Below, in pieces: positions 13,507 to 22,408 of a stretch of 33,342 bases of DNA. Under the pieces are notes generated by a model that was given only the letters and a program-made list of their open reading frames with translations, did no database searches and had not been told where the DNA came from. A program made the position numbers and the translations under genes. Position 1 is the first letter of the stretch. Every line of letters starts with the position of its first letter. The stretch covers positions 1 through 33,342 of the forward strand of contig JAQUKF010000002.1 of the NCBI GenBank assembly GCA_028719265.1. The letters are read 5' to 3'. Source of the stretch: Candidatus Omnitrophota bacterium. Lineage in GTDB: Bacteria; Omnitrophota; Gorgyraeia; Gygaellales; Profunditerraquicolaceae.

Positions 13507-15582
13507 ATGCAAAATAAAAGTTTAAAGATTAAATTTGGCAGGAACGACCTTATTCTAGAGACCGGCAGGATCGCCAAGCAGGCCAACGGCGCAGTCACTG
13601 TTACTTATGGCGCAACCGTGGTTTTGGTCACCGCCTGCATGTCCAAGGAGATAAAAGAAGGACAGGATTTTTTTCCTTTGACCGTTGAATACCAGGAAAA
13701 GACTTATGCCGCCGGCAGGTTCCCCGGAGGGTTCTTCAAGCGTGAAGGCAGGCCTTCGGAACGCGAGATATTAGGCTCACGCCTTATCGACCGGCCCATA
13801 AGGCCGCTGTTCCCCGAAGGGTTCCTTAATGAGGTGCAGGTTATCGCGATAGTCCTTTCCAGTGACGGAGAGAATGACCCGAATGTCCTGGCTTTGATCG
13901 GGGCAAGCGCCGCCCTTTCCATTTCGGATATACCATTTAACGGCCCGCTGGCCAGCTGCCGCGTAGCCAGGATAAACAACGAGCTTGTTTTGAACCCTAC
14001 TTATGCCGAGCTTGAGAACGCCGACCTGGAGGTAGTGGTTGCCGGGAACAAAGGTGGCGTGGTGATGCTTGAATCGAAAGCCAAGGAAGTATCCGAAGAG
14101 ACATACCTGGAAGCGGTGAAGTTCGGGATGGAGAGTTTAAGGCCAATACTCAGCATGCAGGAGGAGTTTTGCCGTCTCTATGGAACAGAAAAGGCAAAAG
14201 TTGAACTTAAATTGCTCGATCCGGTATTGATGCAGAAAATAGAGTCCCTTTCACAGGCGAAGTTAAGCCAGGTATATAAATTAAGCAAGAAGGAAGAGCG
14301 CGAAGAGGCGGTGGATTCCTTGACCAAGGAACTGGATGCGCAGTTGACTACCGAAGGGTTCCTGGCCGCGGATATCCATGCAGGCCTGCACGAAGTGGAG
14401 AAGAAACAGGTGCGCAAGATGATCGCCGAAGAGAATGTCCGCATTGACGGGCGTTCTTTCAAGGAGATCCGTCCGATCAGCTGCGAGGTATCCGTGCTTC
14501 CGCGCACGCACGGCTCAAGCCTTTTTACCCGCGGTCAGACCCAGAGCCTGGCCGTAACCACGTTAGGCACGGGCGAAGACGAACAGCTCATCGAATCCCT
14601 GGAGGGAGAGAAGAAGAAGTCCTTTATGCTTCATTATAATTTCCCTTCTTTCAGCGTAGGAGAAACAAGGCCTGTGCGCAGCCCGGGGAGACGCGAGATC
14701 GGGCACGGGGCGCTGGCGGAAAAGGCCCTTTTGGCGGTGCTCCCTTCAAAAGAAAAATTCCCTTATACCGTAAGGGTTGTTTCTGAAATACTGGAATCCA
14801 ATGGTTCAAGCAGTATGGCCTCGGTATGCGCGGCCACGCTTTCCCTGATGGACGCAGGCGTACCGATCAAGGACGCGGTTGGCGGCGTGGCTTTAGGTTT
14901 GGTCAAAGAGGGTGATAAAGCGGCCATCTTGACCGATATTGCCGGGCTGGAAGACCATTTCGGCGATATGGATTTTAAGGTAGCCGGCACGCGCCAGGGA
15001 ATTACCGCTGTGCAGCTTGACCTTAAGATAGGAGGTATCAGCCTGGAACTGCTTAAGGAGTGCCTGGCGCAGTCAAAGGAAGCCAGGTTCTTCATACTTG
15101 ATAAAATGAGCACCGCCTTGGGCAGCCCGAGGGAGGAGCTCTCCAGCTTTGCTCCGCGCATAGACGTCTTAAAGATCAATACCGAGAAGATCGGTGAGCT
15201 TATCGGTCCCGGCGGGAAAACGATCAAGGCGATCATCGCCGCCACAGGCGCCAGCATCGATATAAACGATGACGGTACCGTGCTGGTTGGCTCTACCGAA
15301 GCCTCCAAATCCGACGATGCGATCAAGATGATCAGGGCGATTACCGACGACGTTGAGGTGGGCAGGGTTTATTTCGGCAAGGTAAAACGCATCATGCAGT
15401 TTGGCGTATTTGTAGAGATCGCCCCGCGCAAAGAAGGCCTGGTGCATGTTTCCGAACTTTCGAATACCTTTGTCAAGAAGGTAGAAGACGTGGTGAAGGT
15501 AGGCGATGAATTCAAGGTCAAGGTTATCGGGATAGACGAGCTTGGACGGATAAACCTAAGCAAAAAACAGGCTGAACAATAA
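13507..15582 (+). CDS. pnp: Polyribonucleotide nucleotidyltransferase (PNPase)
   Basis: 691 aa. Two RNase PH domains (FPLTVEYQEK.YAAGR.PGGFF.REGRPS; RIDGR...IRPI), then KH (IGPGGKTIK) and S1 (GKVKRIMQFGVFVEI) domains. Canonical position after rpsO. Confidence 0.97.
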   Translation: MQNKSLKIKFGRNDLILETGRIAKQANGAVTVTYGATVVLVTACMSKEIKEGQDFFPLTVEYQEKTYAAGRFPGGFFKREGRPSEREILGSRLIDRPIRPLFPEGFLNEVQVIAIVLSSDGENDPNVLALIGASAALSISDIPFNGPLASCRVARINNELVLNPTYAELENADLEVVVAGNKGGVVMLESKAKEVSEETYLEAVKFGMESLRPILSMQEEFCRLYGTEKAKVELKLLDPVLMQKIESLSQAKLSQVYKLSKKEEREEAVDSLTKELDAQLTTEGFLAADIHAGLHEVEKKQVRKMIAEENVRIDGRSFKEIRPISCEVSVLPRTHGSSLFTRGQTQSLAVTTLGTGEDEQLIESLEGEKKKSFMLHYNFPSFSVGETRPVRSPGRREIGHGALAEKALLAVLPSKEKFPYTVRVVSEILESNGSSSMASVCAATLSLMDAGVPIKDAVGGVALGLVKEGDKAAILTDIAGLEDHFGDMDFKVAGTRQGITAVQLDLKIGGISLELLKECLAQSKEARFFILDKMSTALGSPREELSSFAPRIDVLKINTEKIGELIGPGGKTIKAIIAATGASIDINDDGTVLVGSTEASKSDDAIKMIRAITDDVEVGRVYFGKVKRIMQFGVFVEIAPRKEGLVHVSELSNTFVKKVEDVVKVGDEFKVKVIGIDELGRINLSKKQAEQ

Positions 15583-15598
15583 CGGCTAATTTCACGAA

Positions 15599-17791
15599 GT
15601 GAGAGAGAGAAGAGCGAATGAGGTCAAAGGGGTCATCTTAGTAGCGATCGGGCTGATGATTTTAGCCAGCCTTATCCGGTTTGACCGCGCCGACCTCATT
15701 TTCTTTACCTCTCATCCCAATTTTCCCCCTAAAAACCTGCTGGGAGTATTCGGAGCTTACCTCGGCGGGTTTATTGTTTTTCTTTTTGGCAATATCTCCA
15801 GCTTTATCATTCCATTCCTGGTAATTTCTCTCGGGGTAAAATATTTCCGGCAGGATAAGCCTTATTTGAGCCTCCCGCGCATTATAGGGATGTTCGTGCT
15901 CCTGGTTTCTTTGAGCTCGCTTATCGGCATGTTCAATCTGAACAACGACCCGCTGAGGTTCCATACCGCCGGTTTCCTGGGGGCGCTTACCTCCAATTTT
16001 ATAACTACGTATTTCAGCCGCTTGGGCGGTTTTATCATTTTTGTCACCTTTATCATACTTTCCCTTGCTTTGGTTACCGAGATCCTTATTTCTTCGCTTT
16101 TTAAAAATACCGTCGGAAAGATGAAATCGTTTTTTTCCGGCATCTTTAACCTTAGCGGCAAGCAGAACGCCACCCTGGTGAAGGTCAGGCAAAATATACT
16201 GAACAGGAAGGGCCAGGCTCCAAGGAAAGAAGCCTTATCCCAGCAGCAGGCCGCCTCTGCCGTAAAGCCCAAGATATTCATGCCGGATATCAGGCCCAAG
16301 ATCCAGATCAAGACAAAGGCCCCTGCCGAGGAGATTAAGGTCAAATCCAAGGAATTGAAGATCGGAGATTATCATTTGCCTTCCGTTGATCTTCTGGATG
16401 ACGCCCCTCTGCCGGACACAAAACAGATGAAGGAGGATCTTGAGGCCAGCGCCAGGATACTGGAAGACACTCTTTCTGATTTCGGGATCGCGGCCAAGGT
16501 TACGGATATAATCCGCGGTCCGGTAATCACGCGTTATGAGCTAGAGCCGGCCCCGGGGGTAAAGATCAACCGTATCGAGGCCTTAAGCGATGATATCGCC
16601 CTGGCGATAAAGGCCCAATCGGTAAGGATCATCGCGCCGATCCCGGGCAAAGGCAGGGTGGGGGTGGAGGTGCCTAATCTGCACAGCGCACTTGTATGTA
16701 TAAAGGATTTGCTTGTTTCGGCTGAATACCACAAGCAAAAAACCCCTCTGGCTTTAGGATTAGGGAAGGACATTACCGGCAGGTCGATCTTCAGCGACCT
16801 GGATGACATGCCCCATCTCTTGATCGCCGGGACCACCGGTTCGGGAAAGACCGTATGCGTAAATACCTGCATATTATCCCTTCTCTTTAGAAGCTCTCCG
16901 AATGACCTGAAGTTCCTGATGATCGACCCGAAAATGGTAGAGCTGATGCCTTTTAACGGACTGCCGCATCTTTTGTGCCCGGTAGTTACCGATGCCAAGA
17001 AAGCGGCAGTGGCCCTCAATTGGGTGGTCGGGCAGATGGAAGAGCGCTATCAGCTCCTGGCGAAGGCGGGGGCAAGGAATATTGAGGCGTATAACGAGAA
17101 GCAGCCGCAGGAGAAGCTGCCCTATATCGTGGTGATCGTGGATGAATTTGCGGATTTGATGACCGTGGCGCGCGACCAGATAGAGAACGCGATTACCCGC
17201 CTGGCGCAGTTGTCACGGGCAGTCGGGATACATCTGATCCTGGCTACGCAGCGGCCGAGCGTGGACGTAATTACCGGAGTTATCAAAGCCAACCTGCCTG
17301 CGCGTATATCATTTAAAGTCGCCTCCAAGGTTGATTCGCGCACCGTCCTGGATATGAACGGGGCAGAGACCTTGCTGGGCAAAGGCGATATGCTATTCTT
17401 GCAGCCCGGCAAAGAAGACCTTATCCGTATTCAGGGAGCTCTGGTCAAGGACGCCGAGATCGAGAAGGTCGTGGGATTTATTAAGGAGCAGGGTGAGCCT
17501 GCTTATGACGAAGAGATACTTAAAGACCAGCAGAAAGGCGCTTTGGGCAACGGCGGAGAGAAGGATGAGCTTTACGAGGAGGCGGTACGCGTGATAATGG
17601 AAAGTAATCAGGCCTCGGTTTCTATATTGCAGAGGCGTATGCGGCTTGGTTATACCCGCGCCGCGCGTATTATAGACATTATGGAATCCGAAGGCCTCGT
17701 CGGACCGTATGAAGGAAGCAAGCCGCGCAGGATACTTGTTGACCGTCAGAATTGGCTTAAGGATTTAACAGGCGGCAGCGCTCCCCGTTAA
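15599..17791 (+). CDS. ftsK: DNA translocase FtsK/SpoIIIE
   Basis: N-terminal TM helices. Walker A GTTGSGKT, Walker B IVVIVDEFADL. C-terminal gamma winged helix (SVSILQRRMRLGYTRAARIID.ME..G). GTG start without a clear SD, so the exact start is uncertain. Confidence 0.9.
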   Translation: MRERRANEVKGVILVAIGLMILASLIRFDRADLIFFTSHPNFPPKNLLGVFGAYLGGFIVFLFGNISSFIIPFLVISLGVKYFRQDKPYLSLPRIIGMFVLLVSLSSLIGMFNLNNDPLRFHTAGFLGALTSNFITTYFSRLGGFIIFVTFIILSLALVTEILISSLFKNTVGKMKSFFSGIFNLSGKQNATLVKVRQNILNRKGQAPRKEALSQQQAASAVKPKIFMPDIRPKIQIKTKAPAEEIKVKSKELKIGDYHLPSVDLLDDAPLPDTKQMKEDLEASARILEDTLSDFGIAAKVTDIIRGPVITRYELEPAPGVKINRIEALSDDIALAIKAQSVRIIAPIPGKGRVGVEVPNLHSALVCIKDLLVSAEYHKQKTPLALGLGKDITGRSIFSDLDDMPHLLIAGTTGSGKTVCVNTCILSLLFRSSPNDLKFLMIDPKMVELMPFNGLPHLLCPVVTDAKKAAVALNWVVGQMEERYQLLAKAGARNIEAYNEKQPQEKLPYIVVIVDEFADLMTVARDQIENAITRLAQLSRAVGIHLILATQRPSVDVITGVIKANLPARISFKVASKVDSRTVLDMNGAETLLGKGDMLFLQPGKEDLIRIQGALVKDAEIEKVVGFIKEQGEPAYDEEILKDQQKGALGNGGEKDELYEEAVRVIMESNQASVSILQRRMRLGYTRAARIIDIMESEGLVGPYEGSKPRRILVDRQNWLKDLTGGSAPR

Positions 17792-17853
17792 CCGGCAGCC
17801 GGAAAGATTAAGAGAACAGACCAGGAAAAGGGAATAAAAATAGAAGGTGCGGT

Positions 17854-18690
17854 ATGAATATTGAGACGGCGGGGGCCAGGTTAAAGAAGATTCGCCAGGA
17901 GAGAGGGATCAGTCTTGAGGAGATCCAGAAGAAAACCAAGATCCATCCCAACGTCTTGCGCGCGATCGAAGGGGATAGCATTACGGATTTAAGCCCAATT
18001 TACCTGAAGGGCTTTATTAAGTTATATTGCAACAGCTTAGGCCTTGATCCCAAAGAGTTCCTTGCCCAGCCTGCCCAGTCCGCAAAACCGGTTTTAAACG
18101 CTGCCGTGGGCAAGGGCATAGGAGAGCGCCTTGAGAAAAAACCCGTACTTCCCAGGAATTTTTCGTTTAAATTAAAAGCGATAAGACCTTCGGCCAGGAG
18201 TAAAAAAATAATATTATTTGCGGTAATCGCGGTAATTTCCATATTGCTGGTATTTAAACTATTCAAGGCCGTTTCCACCTGGCGCAGGGATATAGTTTTA
18301 AGGCGCGCGCATTCTTCTTCCGCCCATCCCAAATCTACCCGTGGAGGCGAACTCTTACCCAAAGAAACCATAAACAGGTCTTCCGCCAAGAATATCCCTA
18401 AGCAGGCCAAGGTCCGCAAGGAACTTGCGCAGGGGTTTGTAGTCGGCATATTCGCGCGCGATAAATCCTGGATTTCCGCCAAGGTGGACGGCAGGGTTGT
18501 TTTCCACGGGGTGCTTGCGCGCGGCAGGACGGAAACCTGGCAGGCTAAAGAAAAGATCGAATTATCCCTCGGCGATGCAGGCGCGGTAGAGCTGCAGGTC
18601 AATGATCAGCGTTTTAGCAGGCTCGGGCGCCGCGGGCAATCTTTAAAGAATATCATTATCAACAAAGAAGGCTTAAAGATTTCCCGATGA
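17854..18690 (+). CDS. rodZ: RodZ-like cytoskeleton protein (XRE HTH, TM, DUF4115-type C-terminal domain)
   Basis: N-terminal HTH LKKIRQERGISLEEIQKKTKI. A single TM helix IILFAVIAVISILLVF. The C-terminal beta domain ends ...GDAGAVELQVN. Confidence 0.75.
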   Translation: MNIETAGARLKKIRQERGISLEEIQKKTKIHPNVLRAIEGDSITDLSPIYLKGFIKLYCNSLGLDPKEFLAQPAQSAKPVLNAAVGKGIGERLEKKPVLPRNFSFKLKAIRPSARSKKIILFAVIAVISILLVFKLFKAVSTWRRDIVLRRAHSSSAHPKSTRGGELLPKETINRSSAKNIPKQAKVRKELAQGFVVGIFARDKSWISAKVDGRVVFHGVLARGRTETWQAKEKIELSLGDAGAVELQVNDQRFSRLGRRGQSLKNIIINKEGLKISR

Positions 18691-19931
18691 AACAAAAACT
18701 GGGGATGTTAAGCCTGGGCTGCCCGAGAAATCTGGTAGATGCCGAAAGCCTGCTTGCCAGGCTTAAGAATAAAGGCTATTCCATAACCGAAGATATCTCC
18801 GGGGCAGACATCGCCCTGGTGAATACCTGCGCGTTTATCGACGAGGCAAAGCGCGAATCGGTGGAGGCCATCCTTGAGCTGATAGAGCTCAAGAAAGAGG
18901 GGAAGCTTAAGAAGATAGTTGTTTGCGGATGCCTGGCGCAGCGCTACCGGCACCTGAACAGGCATCTGCCGGAAGTAGATGCCTTTGTGGGGTCACCCGG
19001 TCTTGACCGGCGGACAGGCAGGTTCCCTTTGACCCCCCGGCATTATGCTTATTTGAAAATATGCGAAGGCTGCGTGAATAGCTGCAGCTATTGCGTTATT
19101 CCCCGGATCAAGGGGAAATTGGTCAGCCTGGACGAAGAGACGGTTATCCGCAAGGCCAGGTGTTTCAACCGGCAAAAAATTTCCGAGTTGAATATAATCG
19201 GCCAGGACATTACCGGTTTTGGGTTGGATTCATGCGGGGAAAGCCGCTTGAGCGGAGTACTAAGGAAAATAATCCGCAATACGCCGGATGTCGGCTGGAT
19301 CCGCCTCTTGTACCTGAATCCTGAACGCATAAGTGACGACCTGCTTGATTTGATCTCTTCGCATGAGAGGGTATGCAAATATATTGATTTGCCTGTACAG
19401 CATATCAATGACCGCATACTCAGGCTGATGAACCGCAAAGCTACCAAGAAAGGGATAATTTCCCTGATTGAAAAGATAAGAAAGAAGATCCCCGGGGTCT
19501 GCCTGCGCACATCGTTAATTGCCGGTTTTCCTTCGGAGACGGACAAGGAATTCAAGGAGCTTTTGGGTTTTATCAAGGAGATAAAATTCGAGAGATTGGG
19601 GGCTTTTACATATTCCCGCGAAGAAGGCACCCCGGCATATAACCTGAAAGGGCAGTTGAGCCGCAGGCTTAAAGAGGAAAGGCTTGGGGCTATCATGGAG
19701 TTGCAGCAGGGCATAGCGGCGCAGGTAAACGCCGGCTTCCTGAATAAGCGGCTGCGCGTACTTATCGAGGATGAACAGGACGGTTCTTACACCGGCCGCA
19801 GCCAGGCGGATGCGCCGGAGGTCGACGGCCTGGTTTATGTCAATTCTGCCCGCCGGCTTAAGCCGGGGGATTTTACCGATGTGATGGTCACGGATACGTT
19901 AGAGTATGACCTGGTAGGAGAGGCGATTTAA
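18687..19931 (+). CDS. rimO: Ribosomal protein S12 methylthiotransferase
   Basis: SLGCPRNLVDAE N-terminus, radical-SAM CEGCVNSCSYCVIP, C-terminal TRAM domain. ATGA overlap with rodZ. Confidence 0.88.
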   Translation: MKQKLGMLSLGCPRNLVDAESLLARLKNKGYSITEDISGADIALVNTCAFIDEAKRESVEAILELIELKKEGKLKKIVVCGCLAQRYRHLNRHLPEVDAFVGSPGLDRRTGRFPLTPRHYAYLKICEGCVNSCSYCVIPRIKGKLVSLDEETVIRKARCFNRQKISELNIIGQDITGFGLDSCGESRLSGVLRKIIRNTPDVGWIRLLYLNPERISDDLLDLISSHERVCKYIDLPVQHINDRILRLMNRKATKKGIISLIEKIRKKIPGVCLRTSLIAGFPSETDKEFKELLGFIKEIKFERLGAFTYSREEGTPAYNLKGQLSRRLKEERLGAIMELQQGIAAQVNAGFLNKRLRVLIEDEQDGSYTGRSQADAPEVDGLVYVNSARRLKPGDFTDVMVTDTLEYDLVGEAI

Positions 19932-20007
19932 GGTTTGCGCCTTGGCCGTTTTAATATGCGCAAGGCGGCAGGCTTTGGAAATCAACTAATAAAGGAGAAG
20001 GTACGGG

Positions 20008-20586
20008 ATGAATCTTGCCAATCGTTTGACGTTATCGCGGATCTTATTGACTTTTGTATTTATGTTCTTTTTGTTCTGCCAGGGGCTCTGGCCCAAGGTG
20101 GCCAGCCTGATCGTTTTCAGCCTTGCCGCGTTATCCGACCTGTTTGACGGTATGGTCGCCCAGCGCAGGAATATGGTTACGGATTTTGGCCGGCTGATGG
20201 ACCCAATTGCCGATAAGATATTGGTGCTGGCGGCCTTCGCGGCTTTTGTGCAGTTGCAATTGATCGACGCCTGGATGTTTGTGATCATCATTGCCCGCGA
20301 GATCATGATAACTTCCCTGCGCCTCTTCGCTTTAAACAAAGGGAAGGTGCTTTCCGCCGCGCGCGCGGGAAAACACAAAACAGTAGTGCAGATGGGAGTA
20401 ATATTCGCAATCCTCGGTTTCATCCTGATCAAAGAGGTCGCGCTTAAATATTCTACCTGGAACCCGGCCTGGGAGAAGATGTTCCGCCATGGGATATTCG
20501 TCCTTATGCTGCTTACCGTAGGTCTGACCCTTTATTCCGGTTTGTCCTATCTTTGGGAGAACCGCAAGATAATCACCCGCTTATGA
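20008..20586 (+). CDS. pgsA: CDP-diacylglycerol--glycerol-3-phosphate 3-phosphatidyltransferase
   Basis: CDP-alcohol phosphatidyltransferase motif DLFDGMVAQRR....FGRLMDPIADK, with multiple TM helices. SD AAGGAG. Confidence 0.9.
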   Translation: MNLANRLTLSRILLTFVFMFFLFCQGLWPKVASLIVFSLAALSDLFDGMVAQRRNMVTDFGRLMDPIADKILVLAAFAAFVQLQLIDAWMFVIIIAREIMITSLRLFALNKGKVLSAARAGKHKTVVQMGVIFAILGFILIKEVALKYSTWNPAWEKMFRHGIFVLMLLTVGLTLYSGLSYLWENRKIITRL

Positions 20587-21062
20587 GGACCGCTCCCTTG
20601 CGCGATCTCCTGGTCAGGATGACCAGTACTTTCTTTTTTATCGGATACTTGCCTTTGATCCCCGGTACATTCGGCAGTGCCGCCGGGGTAGGCATATTCT
20701 GCCTGTTTGGCGGAGCCGCCAGCCCGGGATATTTCCTTTTTATATTATGCGTGTTTATCCTGGGGATGTTGACCAGCGGCAGGGCGGAAGAATTGTTCAA
20801 CAGGAAGGATCCGGGATGCATAGTGATCGACGAGATAGCCGGGATGCTCCTTGCCCTCAGCTTCCTGCCTGCCGAGCCAAAAGTAGTTATCCTGGCTTTC
20901 CTGATGTTCCGTATCCTGGATACCCTTAAGCCTTTTCCGGCTTCAAGACTGCAGGGTTTGCATGGGGCTATGGGGGTAATGGGGGATGATCTGGTCGCGG
21001 GTATTTATGCCAATATCGTGCTTCAGCTGGCGTTAAGATTGAATTTTCCTATTGCCGTATAA
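20583..21062 (+). CDS. pgpA: Phosphatidylglycerophosphatase A
   Basis: ATGA overlap with the pgsA stop. The listed start at 20553 is an over-extension. GTFGS, KDPGCIVIDEIAGM and GDDLVAG motifs. Confidence 0.85.
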   Translation: MRTAPLRDLLVRMTSTFFFIGYLPLIPGTFGSAAGVGIFCLFGGAASPGYFLFILCVFILGMLTSGRAEELFNRKDPGCIVIDEIAGMLLALSFLPAEPKVVILAFLMFRILDTLKPFPASRLQGLHGAMGVMGDDLVAGIYANIVLQLALRLNFPIAV

Positions 21063-21592
21063 ACCGGACCTTGCGGATTAAGCGTACTTTCGAACAAGGT
21101 TATTTCTTTACAGTCAAATTCGCAGTTTAAAGCGGATAAATCCTTTTCTATGCCGTCAATGATTTTCTGTAATACGGGCGCAGGAACGGATTTTTTTATG
21201 CGGCCGACAGTTACGTGCGCGTGGAAAGAGCGTTCTTGACGCAGGGCGTTTGTCTGCAAGATCTCCGTCTCCAGCCGGGCGAAAAGACTTTTTAATTCTT
21301 CCGGTGTCCGCTGCGGACCTATCCAGATTATCCTTGCCTCCCGCAGATGGGGAAATACGCCGGATTTTTCCAGTTTGACCCTGAAAGGGGGGAAGGATTT
21401 TGCAATCAGCGCGATATTCTTTTTAACTTCTTCAATCTGTCCGGATGATATTTCGCCCAGGAACTTCAACGTCAGGTGCAGGTTTTGCGGTTTGACCCAG
21501 TTGATGCCCGGGTATTCATCCGCCTTCTCCGGCATCCCGGAAATACCATCTTTGATCTCTTCGGGGATTTCAACAGCTATAAATGCGCGCAT
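21023..21592 (-). CDS. thpR: RNA 2',3'-cyclic phosphodiesterase (2H family, ThpR/LigT)
   Basis: Two H-x-T-x motifs (HLTLKF, HVTVGR). The canonical N-terminus MRAFIAVEIP puts the start at 21592, overlapping the cinA stop by 16 nt. Confidence 0.85.
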   Translation of the reverse strand: MRAFIAVEIPEEIKDGISGMPEKADEYPGINWVKPQNLHLTLKFLGEISSGQIEEVKKNIALIAKSFPPFRVKLEKSGVFPHLREARIIWIGPQRTPEELKSLFARLETEILQTNALRQERSFHAHVTVGRIKKSVPAPVLQKIIDGIEKDLSALNCEFDCKEITLFESTLNPQGPVYTAIGKFNLNAS

Positions 21593-22047
21593 AATAGACG
21601 CAAGGCCTCCCGGACCGTTTTTCTGCGGATCTCGTTCCGGCTTCCCCGGAAAAAGAATTTGCGGCATATATCAGTTTTCTTTAGGGATAAACAGATAAAT
21701 ACGGTGCCTACGGGTTTTCCCGGAGTTGCCCCTGATGGGCCGGCAATGCCGGTTATGCCGATGCCAAAGTCCGCCTTTGCTATTTTGCGTATGGCCTTGG
21801 CCATTGATACCGCCACCTGGGGGCTGACGGCGCCGTAGGAACAGATCAGCCCGGCGGGAATTTTCAATATTGAGCGTTTAGAGGAGTTGCTATAGCTTGT
21901 CACCCCCAGCAGGAAATAAGCCGAAGCCCCCGGGTTCCTGGTGAGTTCGGCCGAAAGCAGCCCCCCGCTGCAGGATTCGGCTACGGCGACGGTTTTGCCG
22001 CAGGAAGCCAGTTTTTTATGAATTTCGGGAAGCACCCTGTCTCTCAT
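21577..22047 (-). CDS. pncC: CinA C-terminal-domain protein / nicotinamide-nucleotide amidohydrolase
   Basis: VAVAESCSGGLLSAELT..PGAS.YF..G..SYSN. The start is set to ATG 22047 (MRDRV). ATG 22056 lies inside the predicted -10 hexamer, and the listed GTG at 22110 overlaps the rib promoter. Confidence 0.8.
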   Translation of the reverse strand: MRDRVLPEIHKKLASCGKTVAVAESCSGGLLSAELTRNPGASAYFLLGVTSYSNSSKRSILKIPAGLICSYGAVSPQVAVSMAKAIRKIAKADFGIGITGIAGPSGATPGKPVGTVFICLSLKKTDICRKFFFRGSRNEIRRKTVREALRLLCAHL

Positions 22048-22054
22048 AAGTTTC

Positions 22055-22083
22055 ATTATAGACGTTTTTAATTGTATTGACAA
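22055..22083 (-). promoter_or_regulatory. Consensus sigma70-type promoter of cinA-thpR (minus strand)
   Basis: On the minus strand: TTGTCA (22083-22078), 17-nt spacer, TATAAT (22060-22055). ATG 22047 lies 7 nt after the -10 hexamer. Confidence 0.65.
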
Positions 22084-22104
22084 GCCCGGTTTTTGTGGTA
22101 AAAT
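22077..22104 (+). promoter_or_regulatory. Sigma70-type promoter of the FMN riboswitch/rib operon
   Basis: TTGACA (22077-22082), 16-nt spacer ending in TGG (extended -10), TAAAAT (22099-22104). The riboswitch P1 helix begins at 22115. Confidence 0.7.
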
Positions 22105-22114
22105 AAACACAATT

Positions 22115-22290
22115 AATCTTTAGGGCAAGGTGGAAATCCTTACCGGCGGTGTAGCCCGCGAGCAGGCGCCAGGAATTTGACGCCGGCAGACCTGGTGAGA
22201 TCCCAGGGCCGATGGTGCCATACAGGCGTTGCCGGGGCAGTATTTAGCGCCGCAGCGGTATGTATGCGAAAGTCCAGATGGAAAAAGATT
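22115..22290 (+). promoter_or_regulatory. FMN riboswitch (RFN element) aptamer
   Basis: P1 is AATCTTT (22115-22121) paired with AAAGATT (22284-22290). Conserved cores are present: AGGGCAAGGTGGAAATCCTTACCGGCGGTGTAGCCCGCGAGC, GGCAGACCTGGTGAGATCCCAGGGCCGATGGT and GAAAGTCCAGATGGAAAAAGA. It lies directly upstream of ribBA. Confidence 0.92.
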
Positions 22291-22299
22291 AAAATTAAT

Positions 22300-22331
22300 A
22301 TACCCAAAGATTATCTTTGGGTATTTTATTT
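22300..22331 (+). terminator. Riboswitch expression-platform intrinsic terminator
   Basis: A 10-bp stem pairs 22300-22309 (ATACCCAAAG) with 22315-22324 (CTTTGGGTAT). The loop is ATTAT. TTTATTT follows. Confidence 0.85.
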
Positions 22332-22408
22332 AGCCGGCAAAAGGCCCTGCGGCAGGAAATTTCCTTACTGGATTTTAAGCCTGGCCGGCAGGATGATATG
22401 GAGAGACC

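Noticed and set aside
19932-20007. Possible hairpin/terminator between rimO and pgsA (CGCCTTG ... CAAGGCG).
   Set aside because: It is only a 7-bp stem with a 16-nt loop and no U-tract, so I did not call it.
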